Positions 9,813 through 19,090 of a stretch of 64,000 nt of DNA are shown here, piece after piece (the first letter of the stretch is position 1; every line of letters starts with the position of its first letter). The stretch spans positions 3,057,189 to 3,121,188 of the forward strand of contig CAXXIA010000002.1 of the NCBI GenBank assembly GCA_963666985.2. The letters run 5' to 3'. The notes under the pieces were generated by a model, which saw nothing but the letters and a program-made list of their open reading frames with translations, did no database searches and had not been told where the DNA came from. This DNA comes from Spirochaetia bacterium. GTDB lineage: Bacteria > Spirochaetota > Spirochaetia > DSM-2461. The position numbers and the translations under genes were made by a program.

Positions 9813-10826
9813 TTAGAAAATGGATGCGAAGTCCGCGACATTCGATGCGTCGAAGACGAACGGAGCGCCCATGATGGCTTCGCCGTTCGCGCCGACTTTG
9901 ATCTCGCCCATCCGGCCCGCGGCAATCACATCGCCTTCGCCGCCGGCGGCCTTGCCGGAGATAAGAGCTTCACAGATGTAAGTTGCGCTGTAGCCCAGAT
10001 CGACGGGATTCCACAGGGCCATCTGGCCGCAGGTTCCGTTTTCGATGTAGTGCTGCATTTCGGAGGGAAGTCCCAAGCCGGTAAGCTGCACTTTGCCTTT
10101 CAGACCTTCGTCCTCGATGGCCTTGGCCGCTGCAAGAACGCCGACGGTGGTGGGGGAAATAATGCCCGCCAGGTTGGGATACTTGCTGAAGAGGCCCACG
10201 GCTTCTCTGTAACTCTTATCCGAAGCATCGTCGCCGTAGACGACTTCGACGATTTTCATCTTGGCATACTCGGGCTTTTTGACTTCTTCGTACATCCACT
10301 TAATCCAGGCGTTCTGGTTGGTTGCCTGACTCGTGGCCGAAAGAATGGCGATTTCTCCCTTGTTGCCGCAGAGTTCGGCGATGAGCTGGACCTGCTGGCG
10401 GCCGATGAACTCGGCATTGGAAGGAGAGAGATTCACCATGCGGCCCGCGGCGGAGATGCCGGAGTCCCAGGAGATCACCTTAATGCCCGCGGCCATGGCC
10501 TTTTTGGTAACGGGCACTAGAGCGTCGGTGTCGTTGGCGCTGATGGCGATGGCGTCGACCTTTTGAGCGATGAGGGTTTCGATGATTTCAATCTGCCCCT
10601 CGGCCGTGGCCTGGCTCGGTCCCATGTATTCGACATCGATGTTGCCGAGTTCACCGGCCGCTTCCTGAGCACCGTCGTCACAGGCTTCGAAGAAGCCGTT
10701 TCCGAGGCTTTTTACCAGGAGAACCATCTTGTACTTGCCGCCATCGGCGGTGTCGGCTTTTCCTGAAGCGAAAACAGCGCCTGCGGCCAGAGAGAGCACG
10801 AGAAGGATGCTGAGAACCTTTTTCAT
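9813..10826 (-). CDS. Rhamnose ABC transporter substrate-binding protein
   Basis: Signal peptide MKKVLS...AVFA|SG after an AGGAG RBS; VKSLGNGFF, SATSQATNQNAWI, GLGLPSEM, LWNPVDLGY match the RhaS-type binding-protein family. Confidence 0.9.
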   Translation of the reverse strand: MKKVLSILLVLSLAAGAVFASGKADTADGGKYKMVLLVKSLGNGFFEACDDGAQEAAGELGNIDVEYMGPSQATAEGQIEIIETLIAQKVDAIAISANDTDALVPVTKKAMAAGIKVISWDSGISAAGRMVNLSPSNAEFIGRQQVQLIAELCGNKGEIAILSATSQATNQNAWIKWMYEEVKKPEYAKMKIVEVVYGDDASDKSYREAVGLFSKYPNLAGIISPTTVGVLAAAKAIEDEGLKGKVQLTGLGLPSEMQHYIENGTCGQMALWNPVDLGYSATYICEALISGKAAGGEGDVIAAGRMGEIKVGANGEAIMGAPFVFDASNVADFASIF

Positions 10827-11061
10827 TCCAAACTCCTTTTCCATAATGGAATATTTATTCAAATCATCGTTGTTCCCCGGAGCGTGATTTCACAAGAGAC
10901 GAAATCTCATATGCATGTGATTTATTCTCCGATCTTAAGCACTCATGCGACAATTTCTCGTATTGTAAGGACAAAAACTCCGATTCGAAGAATGGCAAGC
11001 CGGATATGGCCCTTCAAACCGCGATTTTTTTCAGCCGGTATCGGGGGAAAAGCCGGATGAA

Positions 11062-12567
11062 TTACTCTTCCGGTTCGGCCATCCACTCAGAGGGGGTTCG
11101 GCCGTAGCGGTCTTTAAAGAGTCGCGTGAAGTGACGCCCGCTTTGGTATCCCAGAGAACGGGCCACTTCGCCGACATTCGCTTCCCCGCGCCGAAGAAGT
11201 TCTTTGGATTTTTCCAATCTGAGTTCGGTCAGCCTTCGGGTGAAATTCATTCCGGTCTCTTTTTTAAAGACGGTGCTCAGATAGTTGGGCGTTACTCCGA
11301 GACGCTCTGCGACCTGACCGATTCCGATGTTGTCCCTGTAAAAGCGTTCGAGAATTTTCATGGCGCGTTCCACCAGGGTGTGCGGTGTTTCTCCGGCGTC
11401 ACGGTTTGCGGTATTGATCGCGGCATCCGAAAAGAGATTATGTCCTTCTTCACGAATGCGCCGGGTCAAATCGCCAAAATCCGCCGGCATCGGCGGAGGC
11501 AGCGGAACGGCAAATCGGGCAAACCAAGCCGGACCGTCCTGAATCGGTTCGTTATCCGGAAAATTACGGACAGCCTCTTCCAGGCGGTGTGAGAGAACAT
11601 GAAATTCAGCTTCTTGCCCCAAGGTGTACGCGTCGCGAAGATCCTGAAGAAGATTCGCGGCTTTTAGAAAGCGCTCCGAACCGGCATGCCGGACCATTTC
11701 ATCATATTCGGTTATCCGGCCGGCTCCGAGGAGAAAGCGGAGAATCGATTCTTCATCGAGGATTTCGATTTCGCGGAATAATTCTTCCGGTTCCTTAACC
11801 GCCCGTGTAAGAAGCCATGTATCTCCGATTCCCTCACCGGTCAGATTCCCGGTTATCGCCCGCAGCTCGTCGAATCGACGGCGCCACAACCGGGGAATTC
11901 CGACAGCGGACTGATTTCCCAATGTTGTTGCCAGGATAATAAGGAGACTTCCGTCTTTCATGGAAACAACACTGCCCGAGGAATCGTCGTACGTGTCGAG
12001 TTCCCCGATAATCCGGCCCGCGAAATCTCTTCTGCGGCGCAGGATTTCTTCATGCGGCAAAAGGCTGTCCCAGATAACCATACAGGCCTGCCAGATCCTT
12101 TTCTCCGCGAAAAACGCATCGTATCGGATGGAGGTGGTGTCTCCCAGTACGGCGGCCGCCTTCGCTTCCAGCTCCCGGTTGCCGCGATGCCGTCTTTCAC
12201 GCATCTTAGCCGACAATTTTTTCATCAGTATCTTAAGTTCGTCGGGATCCGCGGGTTTGAGAAGGAAGTCTTCCACGCCCAGTTTCACCGCTTTTTGCGC
12301 ATAGGCGAAATCGGCATGGCCGGTAATCATAACCCAAAGGGTTTCCGGAGAATATTCCCGCGCCTCGGAAACGGCCTCAAGTCCGTCTTTTTTCGGCATG
12401 CGGATATCCACGAATGCTATGTGCGGCCGGATTTCACGAGCTTTTTCGATAAGTTCCAAGCCGTTTTCCGCTTCAACAACGGTTTGTCTTTCTCCCTGAA
12501 TGTCTTCGAGAATGCTGATCAGCCCGTATCGGACCAGAGGCTCATCATCGGCGATCAGGATTCTCAT
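11062..12567 (-). CDS. Two-component response regulator, REC + AraC HTH (YesN-like)
   Basis: IADDE, DIRMP, FLLKP; C-terminal PNYLSTVFKKETG...LGYQSGRHFTRLFK. Confidence 0.92.
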   Translation of the reverse strand: MRILIADDEPLVRYGLISILEDIQGERQTVVEAENGLELIEKAREIRPHIAFVDIRMPKKDGLEAVSEAREYSPETLWVMITGHADFAYAQKAVKLGVEDFLLKPADPDELKILMKKLSAKMRERRHRGNRELEAKAAAVLGDTTSIRYDAFFAEKRIWQACMVIWDSLLPHEEILRRRRDFAGRIIGELDTYDDSSGSVVSMKDGSLLIILATTLGNQSAVGIPRLWRRRFDELRAITGNLTGEGIGDTWLLTRAVKEPEELFREIEILDEESILRFLLGAGRITEYDEMVRHAGSERFLKAANLLQDLRDAYTLGQEAEFHVLSHRLEEAVRNFPDNEPIQDGPAWFARFAVPLPPPMPADFGDLTRRIREEGHNLFSDAAINTANRDAGETPHTLVERAMKILERFYRDNIGIGQVAERLGVTPNYLSTVFKKETGMNFTRRLTELRLEKSKELLRRGEANVGEVARSLGYQSGRHFTRLFKDRYGRTPSEWMAEPEE

Positions 12568-14627
12568 AACGGACTTCCCGCGAATATCGGTTCTTCGATT
12601 TCCAGTCGAATTCGTGTTCCCTCGCCGTCCTGACTCATCACGGAAAATCGGGATCCCGGATAGGTGAGTCTGAGTCTTGCTTTGACATTGGGAAGACCGA
12701 TGCGTCCGCCGCCCTCCAGCACTTCCCGAGGAAGTCCGGCACCGTTGTCCCGGATTTCGATTTCCAAAATGCGCGAGCCGTCTCTGAAGGTCCAGGCGCT
12801 TTCCGCGCTCAAGTGCCCGGGCCGATCCAGCGGTTCGAGGCCGTGGATAATCGCGTTCTCCACGAGGGGCTGGAGCAGCAGCCGCGGTATCACGGCATCG
12901 CCCGTGCCGCCGCGAACAGTCAGATTATATTCCAGTCTTTCGCCGAAGCGGAGTTTTTGGAGTTCCAGGTATTCGCCGAGAAAGGCGAACTCCTCGGCGA
13001 TGGTGGCATCCCGGCGTCCGTCCTGGACGTAGCGGAGCATTTTACGGAAGGAGAGGATGGAAGATTCCAATGTGTCTTTTTCTCCTTTCCGGTTCAGAGC
13101 GAAAAGGGCCGAGAGGACGTTGTAGATAAAGTGAGGCTGAACCTGAGACTGGAGCGCTTCATATTCGGCTTTGCCCTTTTCCAGAATTTCCGCGTAGCGC
13201 CTGTGGTGATCGATGGTGAGGGAGGCGAATTCGGCGAAGGTGACCATGCGGGTAATTCCCAAATCGGTGAACCCTCTCTCCTTGTCCGTGATAACGGCCG
13301 TCAGTACGGCGTCGCAGCGCTCCGCGGGTACGATGGGTACGGCGATGAGAGACGAAATACCGTTCTCCAGGAGAGGAATGGCGCCGAATCGGCGGGCGCT
13401 GTCACGGGTATCGGCAATGATGACCGCATCGCGGCCCTTGGCCGCCGCGGATGGAATCAGAGCTTCGGGATCCGCTTTCGCCAGCGGAAAAAGATTCGAG
13501 CGATCAGTCTCGGAAGATTCCGGACGGCTTTCGGCCGCGACGCCGTCTTTCATCACGGACGATTCCTCAGGGCTCCCCGAATCATCGCCCGCGATGGAAT
13601 CATGTTCGGAGAATCCTCCCGCGAACGAGACCAGTCGGAGCTTCCCGCCGGGTTCCGCCACGTAATATCCCGCGGCGTCGGCCGTTGTATCGCGAACAAC
13701 GGCCTGGACAATCAGCTCCCGGAGGGTATCTTCGGGAACCTCTTCTTCCAAAGCGGCGCCGACGCTGCGGGTCAGTCCGAGAATGCTTTCCACGTTGTCT
13801 TTCAAATCGCGGGAAAGTTCGTCAAAGCGCCGGCCCAGTTCTCCCAGCTCATCGTCGTAGTCGGGATTCAGCGGATGAGAAAAGTCTCCTCGAGAAACAC
13901 GAATAAAGGCCATCTCCAGGCGACGGATTTTCGACAGGAGATCTTTGGAAATCAGATAAATCGTCAGCATGGCTCCGGCGATGATGAGCAGGGCGATTAT
14001 CAGATCGATAAAGATGGTTTGGGTTTGGAGCCGTTCGCCGTACTCCCGGTAGCTCCGGATGAAATAGTTCATGAAGCTTTCGAAACTGTTGGTGAAATAA
14101 TACGAGGTTTCCTGAATCTCATTAAAAAAGGGGATGAGAGTTTCATCCTTCTGCATTCGGTTGTAGAGATCGCCTTCGTTGGTATCGATCGCCTGAACGG
14201 CGAAGAGGATTTCCTCCATGCGCGCCAGTTTCGCCAGGGCCGTGGAATTCATTCGCCTCGCCGTTTCATAGTGATCCGCCAGTTCCGATCCGGTATCGAA
14301 AAAGCGAATCGGACTGTCCATGAACCGGTCGAAGGTTTCCATGTAGTCCTTTACCGCCTCGGTCCATTGGCGCAGCGTAACCGAGGAGCGGGGCGCGTAG
14401 GTAAGGGCGCGTACGTGGCCGTAGAGCTGAGGGGAAAAGAGATCGAAAACCAGATCTTTCATCAGTCCCATCACATCCCGGCTTTTCACCTGAAGTTCCA
14501 TGCCCAGAGAAATGGCTTCCTGGATTTTTCGGGATCTGAGGGTGCTGTAGAGCGTGAGTCCCGTAATGGCCGCCAAAGAGGCGAGTATAACGGCCGAATA
14601 CCAGAGAAGACGCCTTCTGATCGTCAT
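12564..14627 (-). CDS. Sensor histidine kinase, YesM/LytS-type (TM-periplasmic-TM-HAMP-GAF-His_kinase-HATPase)
   Basis: DELGELG HAMP, LQSQVQPHFIYNVL H-box, LQPLVENAIIHG, DNGAG, IGLPNV. Start taken at MTIRRRLL (14627), just before TM1 and overlapping the hipA stop. Confidence 0.9.
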   Translation of the reverse strand: MTIRRRLLWYSAVILASLAAITGLTLYSTLRSRKIQEAISLGMELQVKSRDVMGLMKDLVFDLFSPQLYGHVRALTYAPRSSVTLRQWTEAVKDYMETFDRFMDSPIRFFDTGSELADHYETARRMNSTALAKLARMEEILFAVQAIDTNEGDLYNRMQKDETLIPFFNEIQETSYYFTNSFESFMNYFIRSYREYGERLQTQTIFIDLIIALLIIAGAMLTIYLISKDLLSKIRRLEMAFIRVSRGDFSHPLNPDYDDELGELGRRFDELSRDLKDNVESILGLTRSVGAALEEEVPEDTLRELIVQAVVRDTTADAAGYYVAEPGGKLRLVSFAGGFSEHDSIAGDDSGSPEESSVMKDGVAAESRPESSETDRSNLFPLAKADPEALIPSAAAKGRDAVIIADTRDSARRFGAIPLLENGISSLIAVPIVPAERCDAVLTAVITDKERGFTDLGITRMVTFAEFASLTIDHHRRYAEILEKGKAEYEALQSQVQPHFIYNVLSALFALNRKGEKDTLESSILSFRKMLRYVQDGRRDATIAEEFAFLGEYLELQKLRFGERLEYNLTVRGGTGDAVIPRLLLQPLVENAIIHGLEPLDRPGHLSAESAWTFRDGSRILEIEIRDNGAGLPREVLEGGGRIGLPNVKARLRLTYPGSRFSVMSQDGEGTRIRLEIEEPIFAGSPL

Positions 14628-15967
14628 GCATCCAGTCCTTCGGCGGTTTTGCCGAGCATGAGGGTGATTGTGTCCGCCGTTCGCCGCGGAATGTCGAGTT
14701 CGGAGGCGAGGGAGGGCCATTCGGAGAAGGCATCCCGAATTCGTTCGATATTCAGCCGGGCGTCCCGTGCGGTCAGATCGCAATGGGATGCGAAGGCCAG
14801 AAGATCGTTCATGGAATGCCCGGCGGTTTTACCGTTAAGGGCGGTTTGATGTTCCTTCGTCCACCGGCCGGCCGGGTCGCAGGAATAGGTCAGATCGAAA
14901 GCCGGAGAAAGCCTCCATTCTCCCCGTCTGTCCATGAGAAAACCGAAGTTCTTGCTGTGGTCGTCATGATTCACGCCGACGATATTGTACACCGCCCGGA
15001 GAAAGAGCTGTTCCATATCTTCATGGGAAAGTCCGAGGCGGCGGCAGGCGAGGGCCAGCTGTTCATAGCCGTAGGCTCCCGGCCAGTCGCGATGGGCATG
15101 GTCCAGGCCGCACCAGGAAGCGTAATGGAGCCGGTCCGTCTTTTCTCCGGTATTGATGCGGTCGAATCGTTCAATGAGAAAATGCCGTCTCTCGCCGTCT
15201 TCGGCCAAACGGGTTTCCGGAAGATTGATTCCGGCTTTTCGGGCGATACGCGAATATGCGTATTCAACCAAGGTCATTCCCGGAGGATCGCCGCCGTCAC
15301 GGTCGGCGTTTCCGGTGATGCCGTCGAATTTCAGCAGCCAGTACCGATAAGGTTTTTCCTGAACCGTATGTCCGGGGATAAACACTCCCTCGGGACTTTC
15401 GGCCACGACGGCTTTGGCTCTGGCGCCGCCGGCGCTGGTGCCCACGCGAATCAGATCCAGGGCCGCCTGCGAAGATTCCGCTTTTGAGAGGGCCTCATGG
15501 AAGGATTCGTTCTTCTTCAGAACGGCATCGGCCAATGCCGCCAGGTCTCCCAGATCCAGCGCCGTTCTTCCTGCTTTTTTTTCGAGAGGTACGAGATTCC
15601 GGGCCGGCCTGTAGGTCAGGGCCCCCATTCCCCGGTCGGCGATGTAAAGGAGGCGTTCCACGACGTTGATATCCGCCGGATTGCGCCCCTGTTCGGTGAA
15701 CCATCGGTCCAGGAGGCTTGTACCGAATTTATCCGGCAGACTGTCGACGAACATCCCCGGCAATCCTCGGAATGTCCGTTCACTTTCCCGCTCAAAGGAA
15801 TACACACCCGAGCGGCGCGGCATTTTCAGCGGCGCCGGTTCGATTCCTTTTGCGCCTTCAACGAATTGCTGATCGTACTCGAAAAGGGCGCCTCTCCGGC
15901 CGTCCCGTCCCATGCCGACAACGCCGATCCGGCTGTTCCAGAGCCACACCTCGGCATGAATCATCAT
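14624..15967 (-). CDS. hipA: HipA-family serine/threonine kinase toxin (with N-terminal couple_hipA domain)
   Basis: DSLPDKFG, GTSAGGARAK P-loop, LLKFD, IERFDR, NHDDHSKNF catalytic loop, LSPAFD. Confidence 0.93.
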   Translation of the reverse strand: MMIHAEVWLWNSRIGVVGMGRDGRRGALFEYDQQFVEGAKGIEPAPLKMPRRSGVYSFERESERTFRGLPGMFVDSLPDKFGTSLLDRWFTEQGRNPADINVVERLLYIADRGMGALTYRPARNLVPLEKKAGRTALDLGDLAALADAVLKKNESFHEALSKAESSQAALDLIRVGTSAGGARAKAVVAESPEGVFIPGHTVQEKPYRYWLLKFDGITGNADRDGGDPPGMTLVEYAYSRIARKAGINLPETRLAEDGERRHFLIERFDRINTGEKTDRLHYASWCGLDHAHRDWPGAYGYEQLALACRRLGLSHEDMEQLFLRAVYNIVGVNHDDHSKNFGFLMDRRGEWRLSPAFDLTYSCDPAGRWTKEHQTALNGKTAGHSMNDLLAFASHCDLTARDARLNIERIRDAFSEWPSLASELDIPRRTADTITLMLGKTAEGLDA

Positions 15968-16323
15968 TCATCGCCCCATCGGAAGGTCCTTTTCCCTTCC
16001 GGATCTTCCCTGCCGTTTTTTTTCGTGCGGATTCTTCGTTTTAATCCGCCGGAATCCCTTACCAGGCTCATGGGACCGACAGGCCTCTCATAGTCCACCA
16101 GGGGTTCTAAAAGATCCAAGCGATTGAGTCCCTTTAACGCTTTTATCAGATTCGTCATGGTGACGTTTTTACCGGCTTTCAGATTGGTCCATGTGGAAGA
16201 CTTAATACCGCCTTTCGTGAGAACCTCGGAGTCGGAGAGCTGAGATTCCACTCTCATTTCCTCCAGGTTCTTTCCGATCATCGAGAGAATCTCATCAACG
16301 GATATCAGTTCAACTTCTTTCAT
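15964..16323 (-). CDS. XRE-type HTH antitoxin (HipB-like)
   Basis: IGKNLEEMR...GGIKSSTWTNLKAGKNVTMTNLIKALKGL HTH directly upstream of and overlapping hipA. Start 16323 preferred (ORF track gives 16344) because operator-like repeats lie at 16330-16387. Confidence 0.8.
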   Translation of the reverse strand: MKEVELISVDEILSMIGKNLEEMRVESQLSDSEVLTKGGIKSSTWTNLKAGKNVTMTNLIKALKGLNRLDLLEPLVDYERPVGPMSLVRDSGGLKRRIRTKKNGREDPEGKRTFRWGDE

Positions 16324-16328
16324 TAATA

Positions 16329-16387
16329 GCCAATATATCGGCAATAAAGCCGAAAATCAACAGTAAATACCAATATATTGGTATTTA
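16329..16387. promoter_or_regulatory. Two palindromic operator-like sites upstream of hipBA
   Basis: Perfect 24-bp palindrome TAAATACCAATATATTGGTATTTA (16364-16387) and a second core GCCAATATATCGGC (16329-16342); the cores are 40 bp apart. Confidence 0.65.
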
Positions 16388-16488
16388 TTGTTGGTGGAAA
16401 TCCTCCGCTCCACGGGGCGAAAAAATGAATATAAGTGTGATTCCCCGCTTCTTGCGGCGGGGCGTTTTCTTGAGCGAAGGCCGCCGGT

Positions 16489-17745
16489 TTAAGAGGCGGC
16501 TATCTTGCTCCTGTAATTCTCCACTTCCCAGTCGACGATAAAACGGACGAAGCGCTCTTCCATAAGTTTCGGCCCTCCGAAGCTTTCGGAAAAAGCGCAG
16601 ACTTCCAAGGCGTTCTTCAGCATGAGAACGGCGTTTTTCAGAGCTTTCTCCCCGGCCGCGGCAACCAGAGCCCCGCTGAACGCCGGTCCGTTGAAAAGGG
16701 TAAGGTTCGGCGGCTTTCCCCATCTGTTGATGTATTCACGCGCGCCCGATTCCCAGGCCGAGGCAATAACGGAGGCATCGCCTTCGGGCGTATCGGCGGC
16801 TCCGCCGAGTTTAGCGCCGCCTGTTTCTTCGCCCCGTGCCGCTTTTCCGCAGCCCGCGGACATGTTTGCGTTCAAATACAAGGCTCCCGGTCCCGAATAG
16901 ACGATATGATCCGGAGTAAGGCATCCGGTAAGGGGCGCGGCGGCTTCCGCCGAAGCAAGATACATCTCCAGTTCGCCCCCGGCGGCGAAAGAAACACACG
17001 CGTCCGCGCCGAACAAATCCCGAGCAACATCTGTTATTGCCGCGCCGTTTCCGAAAGCCTCCGTACGTTCCGCCGCCGTTAACTCGGCAGGCATTATTCC
17101 GGGCCGCCTCTGTAACCGAACCTCCAAAGCCTTATTCAAACGCTCGTATTTGCCTCGTACCTCATCGGCATCCCGCCCGCCGGCGAAAATCCCATGATTT
17201 TCCAGAAAGATGTATTCCGGCGAGCCCAGTCCCTTTACCGTTCGGTCCTCAAGCGCCAATTTAATAACATTGGCCAGCACGTATCCCGGATCGGTGTAGG
17301 GAATCCAAACGAGTTTATCGCCGATCAGTTCCGAAGCGATCCGCCGTCCGTCCGCTCCGCAGGTCAAACCGTTTATCAGGGTGGGATGAAGATGAACCAC
17401 CAAAGGCCAGGGCAGAATATCGTGCAGAAGGGTTTCCACGCTCGGCCTTCGTGATTCTCCCGGAAGTCTGGCGGCCATCATATCGGCCAGGACCAAACGC
17501 TCCCGCTCGGCCACGGCCGCGGCATCCGTTCCGGAAGGATAATCGGTTTTCCATATGGCCGCCAGTTTGGCGCGGTCCATATGGGCGAATCCTTCTTCGC
17601 CGATGGTCGCCAAAGGGTATCCCGAGGCCTTTATATACAGAGTCTCTCCGTCTTTCAGCGAAGTGTTCCCGCCTCCGGCCACCACCCAATTCGGATCGGA
17701 GCCGTATTCCCGGCTCAAGGTCACAAGATCATTCATTAAGCGCAT
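16489..17745 (-). CDS. Class II aldolase/adducin-family protein (rhamnulose-1-P aldolase-like N-terminal module of aldolase-SDR fusions, here without SDR)
   Basis: AGGGNTSLK, IKASG, RPSVETLLH, VVHLHP, LENHG, TPDHIVY; ends WEVENYR. Start 17745 (MRLMND, AAGGA RBS); ORF track extends to 17781. Confidence 0.85.
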   Translation of the reverse strand: MRLMNDLVTLSREYGSDPNWVVAGGGNTSLKDGETLYIKASGYPLATIGEEGFAHMDRAKLAAIWKTDYPSGTDAAAVAERERLVLADMMAARLPGESRRPSVETLLHDILPWPLVVHLHPTLINGLTCGADGRRIASELIGDKLVWIPYTDPGYVLANVIKLALEDRTVKGLGSPEYIFLENHGIFAGGRDADEVRGKYERLNKALEVRLQRRPGIMPAELTAAERTEAFGNGAAITDVARDLFGADACVSFAAGGELEMYLASAEAAAPLTGCLTPDHIVYSGPGALYLNANMSAGCGKAARGEETGGAKLGGAADTPEGDASVIASAWESGAREYINRWGKPPNLTLFNGPAFSGALVAAAGEKALKNAVLMLKNALEVCAFSESFGGPKLMEERFVRFIVDWEVENYRSKIAAS

Positions 17746-17749
17746 ATCA

Positions 17750-19006
17750 TCAGTTCCTTTTTGAAAGGACATCCTTTTCATACGCGTGTACCGCCTCTAT
17801 CAAACCGGCATCCGAAACAACGCCTGATTCTTCGCAGAAACGATTCCAAACGGTGCCGAAGGGAAGAGTCTTGGAGCGTTCCAGGAGCGCCAGCCGGGCA
17901 AACGCGTCACCGGCCAGATCATATCGGATCAGCGATTCATGCGGTTCCAGGAAGGCGGCCAAGAGACCCTTAAGCGCCGAGCGGGCGCCGATGGCGTAGG
18001 CACCGACGCGGTTCATCGTGGCGTCGAAGAAATCCAAACCGATATGCGTATCTTCAAGACGCCCGCAGCGTACCAGCTCCCGGGTTAAATCGGCGATATC
18101 GTCGTTGAAAATCACCACATGGTCCGAATCCCAGCGGACCGGCCGGCTCAGATGCAGCATCAGCTCATCGAAAAAGAGGTACACCGAAGAGAGCTTATCC
18201 GCGACCGATTCGGTGGGATGAAAATGCCCCATGTCCAGAGTAACCATCTTGCCGCGGCTGAGCGCGTATCCCATGTAGAACTCGTGCGAACCCACCACGT
18301 AGGATTCGCTGCCGATGCCGAAAAGCTTGGTTTCCACCGCGTCTTTCATGTGCCCGGCCGGATATTCGGGAGCCATCAGGGCATCCAGGGAATCCTTCAG
18401 GCGGGCCCTATAGCCCAGCCGGTCCACCGGAATGTCCTTCGCGCCGTCGGGAATCCAGGTATTGCAGATACACGGAGTGCCCAGCTCCCGGCCGAACATG
18501 TCCGACACTTCCCGGCTTTTCTTTCCATGCTCCACCCAAAAGTCCCGGATGCCCTTATCGGGGTGGGAAAGGGTGAATCCGTCTTCGGCTTTCTGATGAC
18601 TGAAGAATGTGCCGTTGAAATCCGCGCCCAGAGCGCGCTGTTTCAGCCAATCGGCCCATCCGGTGAAATGTTCGGGCCCGATGGCGTCTCTGTCGACGAA
18701 CTTCCCGCCGAATTCGCCGTAGCTCATATGCAGGGCCAAACGGTGCTTCCCGGGAATCAGGGAGTAAACCTTATCCAAATCCGTCCGCATCTCCGCGATT
18801 GTGCGGGCCTTCCCCGGATAATTCCCGGTTACCTGGATACCGCCGCCCGAGAGCTCCGCGCCCGGTTTTTCAAATCCGCCGACATCGTCAACCTGCCAGC
18901 AATGCAGCGACAGGGATATTTTTTTCAAAGCCTCAAGAGCCGCATCAACGTTTACACCCAGCGCCGCATATTGCTCCTGGGCATCTTTATAGACCGATTC
19001 GTTCAT
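17750..19006 (-). CDS. rhaA: L-rhamnose isomerase
   Basis: SLHCWQVDDVGGFE, TGNYPGKAR, WIPDG, ETKLFGIGSESY, DMGHFHPTE, RPVRWDSDHV, LDFFDA; ATG at 19006 after GGAGG. Confidence 0.96.
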   Translation of the reverse strand: MNESVYKDAQEQYAALGVNVDAALEALKKISLSLHCWQVDDVGGFEKPGAELSGGGIQVTGNYPGKARTIAEMRTDLDKVYSLIPGKHRLALHMSYGEFGGKFVDRDAIGPEHFTGWADWLKQRALGADFNGTFFSHQKAEDGFTLSHPDKGIRDFWVEHGKKSREVSDMFGRELGTPCICNTWIPDGAKDIPVDRLGYRARLKDSLDALMAPEYPAGHMKDAVETKLFGIGSESYVVGSHEFYMGYALSRGKMVTLDMGHFHPTESVADKLSSVYLFFDELMLHLSRPVRWDSDHVVIFNDDIADLTRELVRCGRLEDTHIGLDFFDATMNRVGAYAIGARSALKGLLAAFLEPHESLIRYDLAGDAFARLALLERSKTLPFGTVWNRFCEESGVVSDAGLIEAVHAYEKDVLSKRN

Positions 19007-19090
19007 TTTCCACCTCCGCCGCCCATAATAATAATTTCTTAAACGGGCACGTGCCTTGACGGAATCGTCGATTAATAGCACGATTTTGTC

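Noticed and set aside
12813..14849. 678-aa ORF on the + strand
   Set aside because: Antisense shadow of the histidine kinase; no motifs; long shadow ORFs are expected at this GC content.
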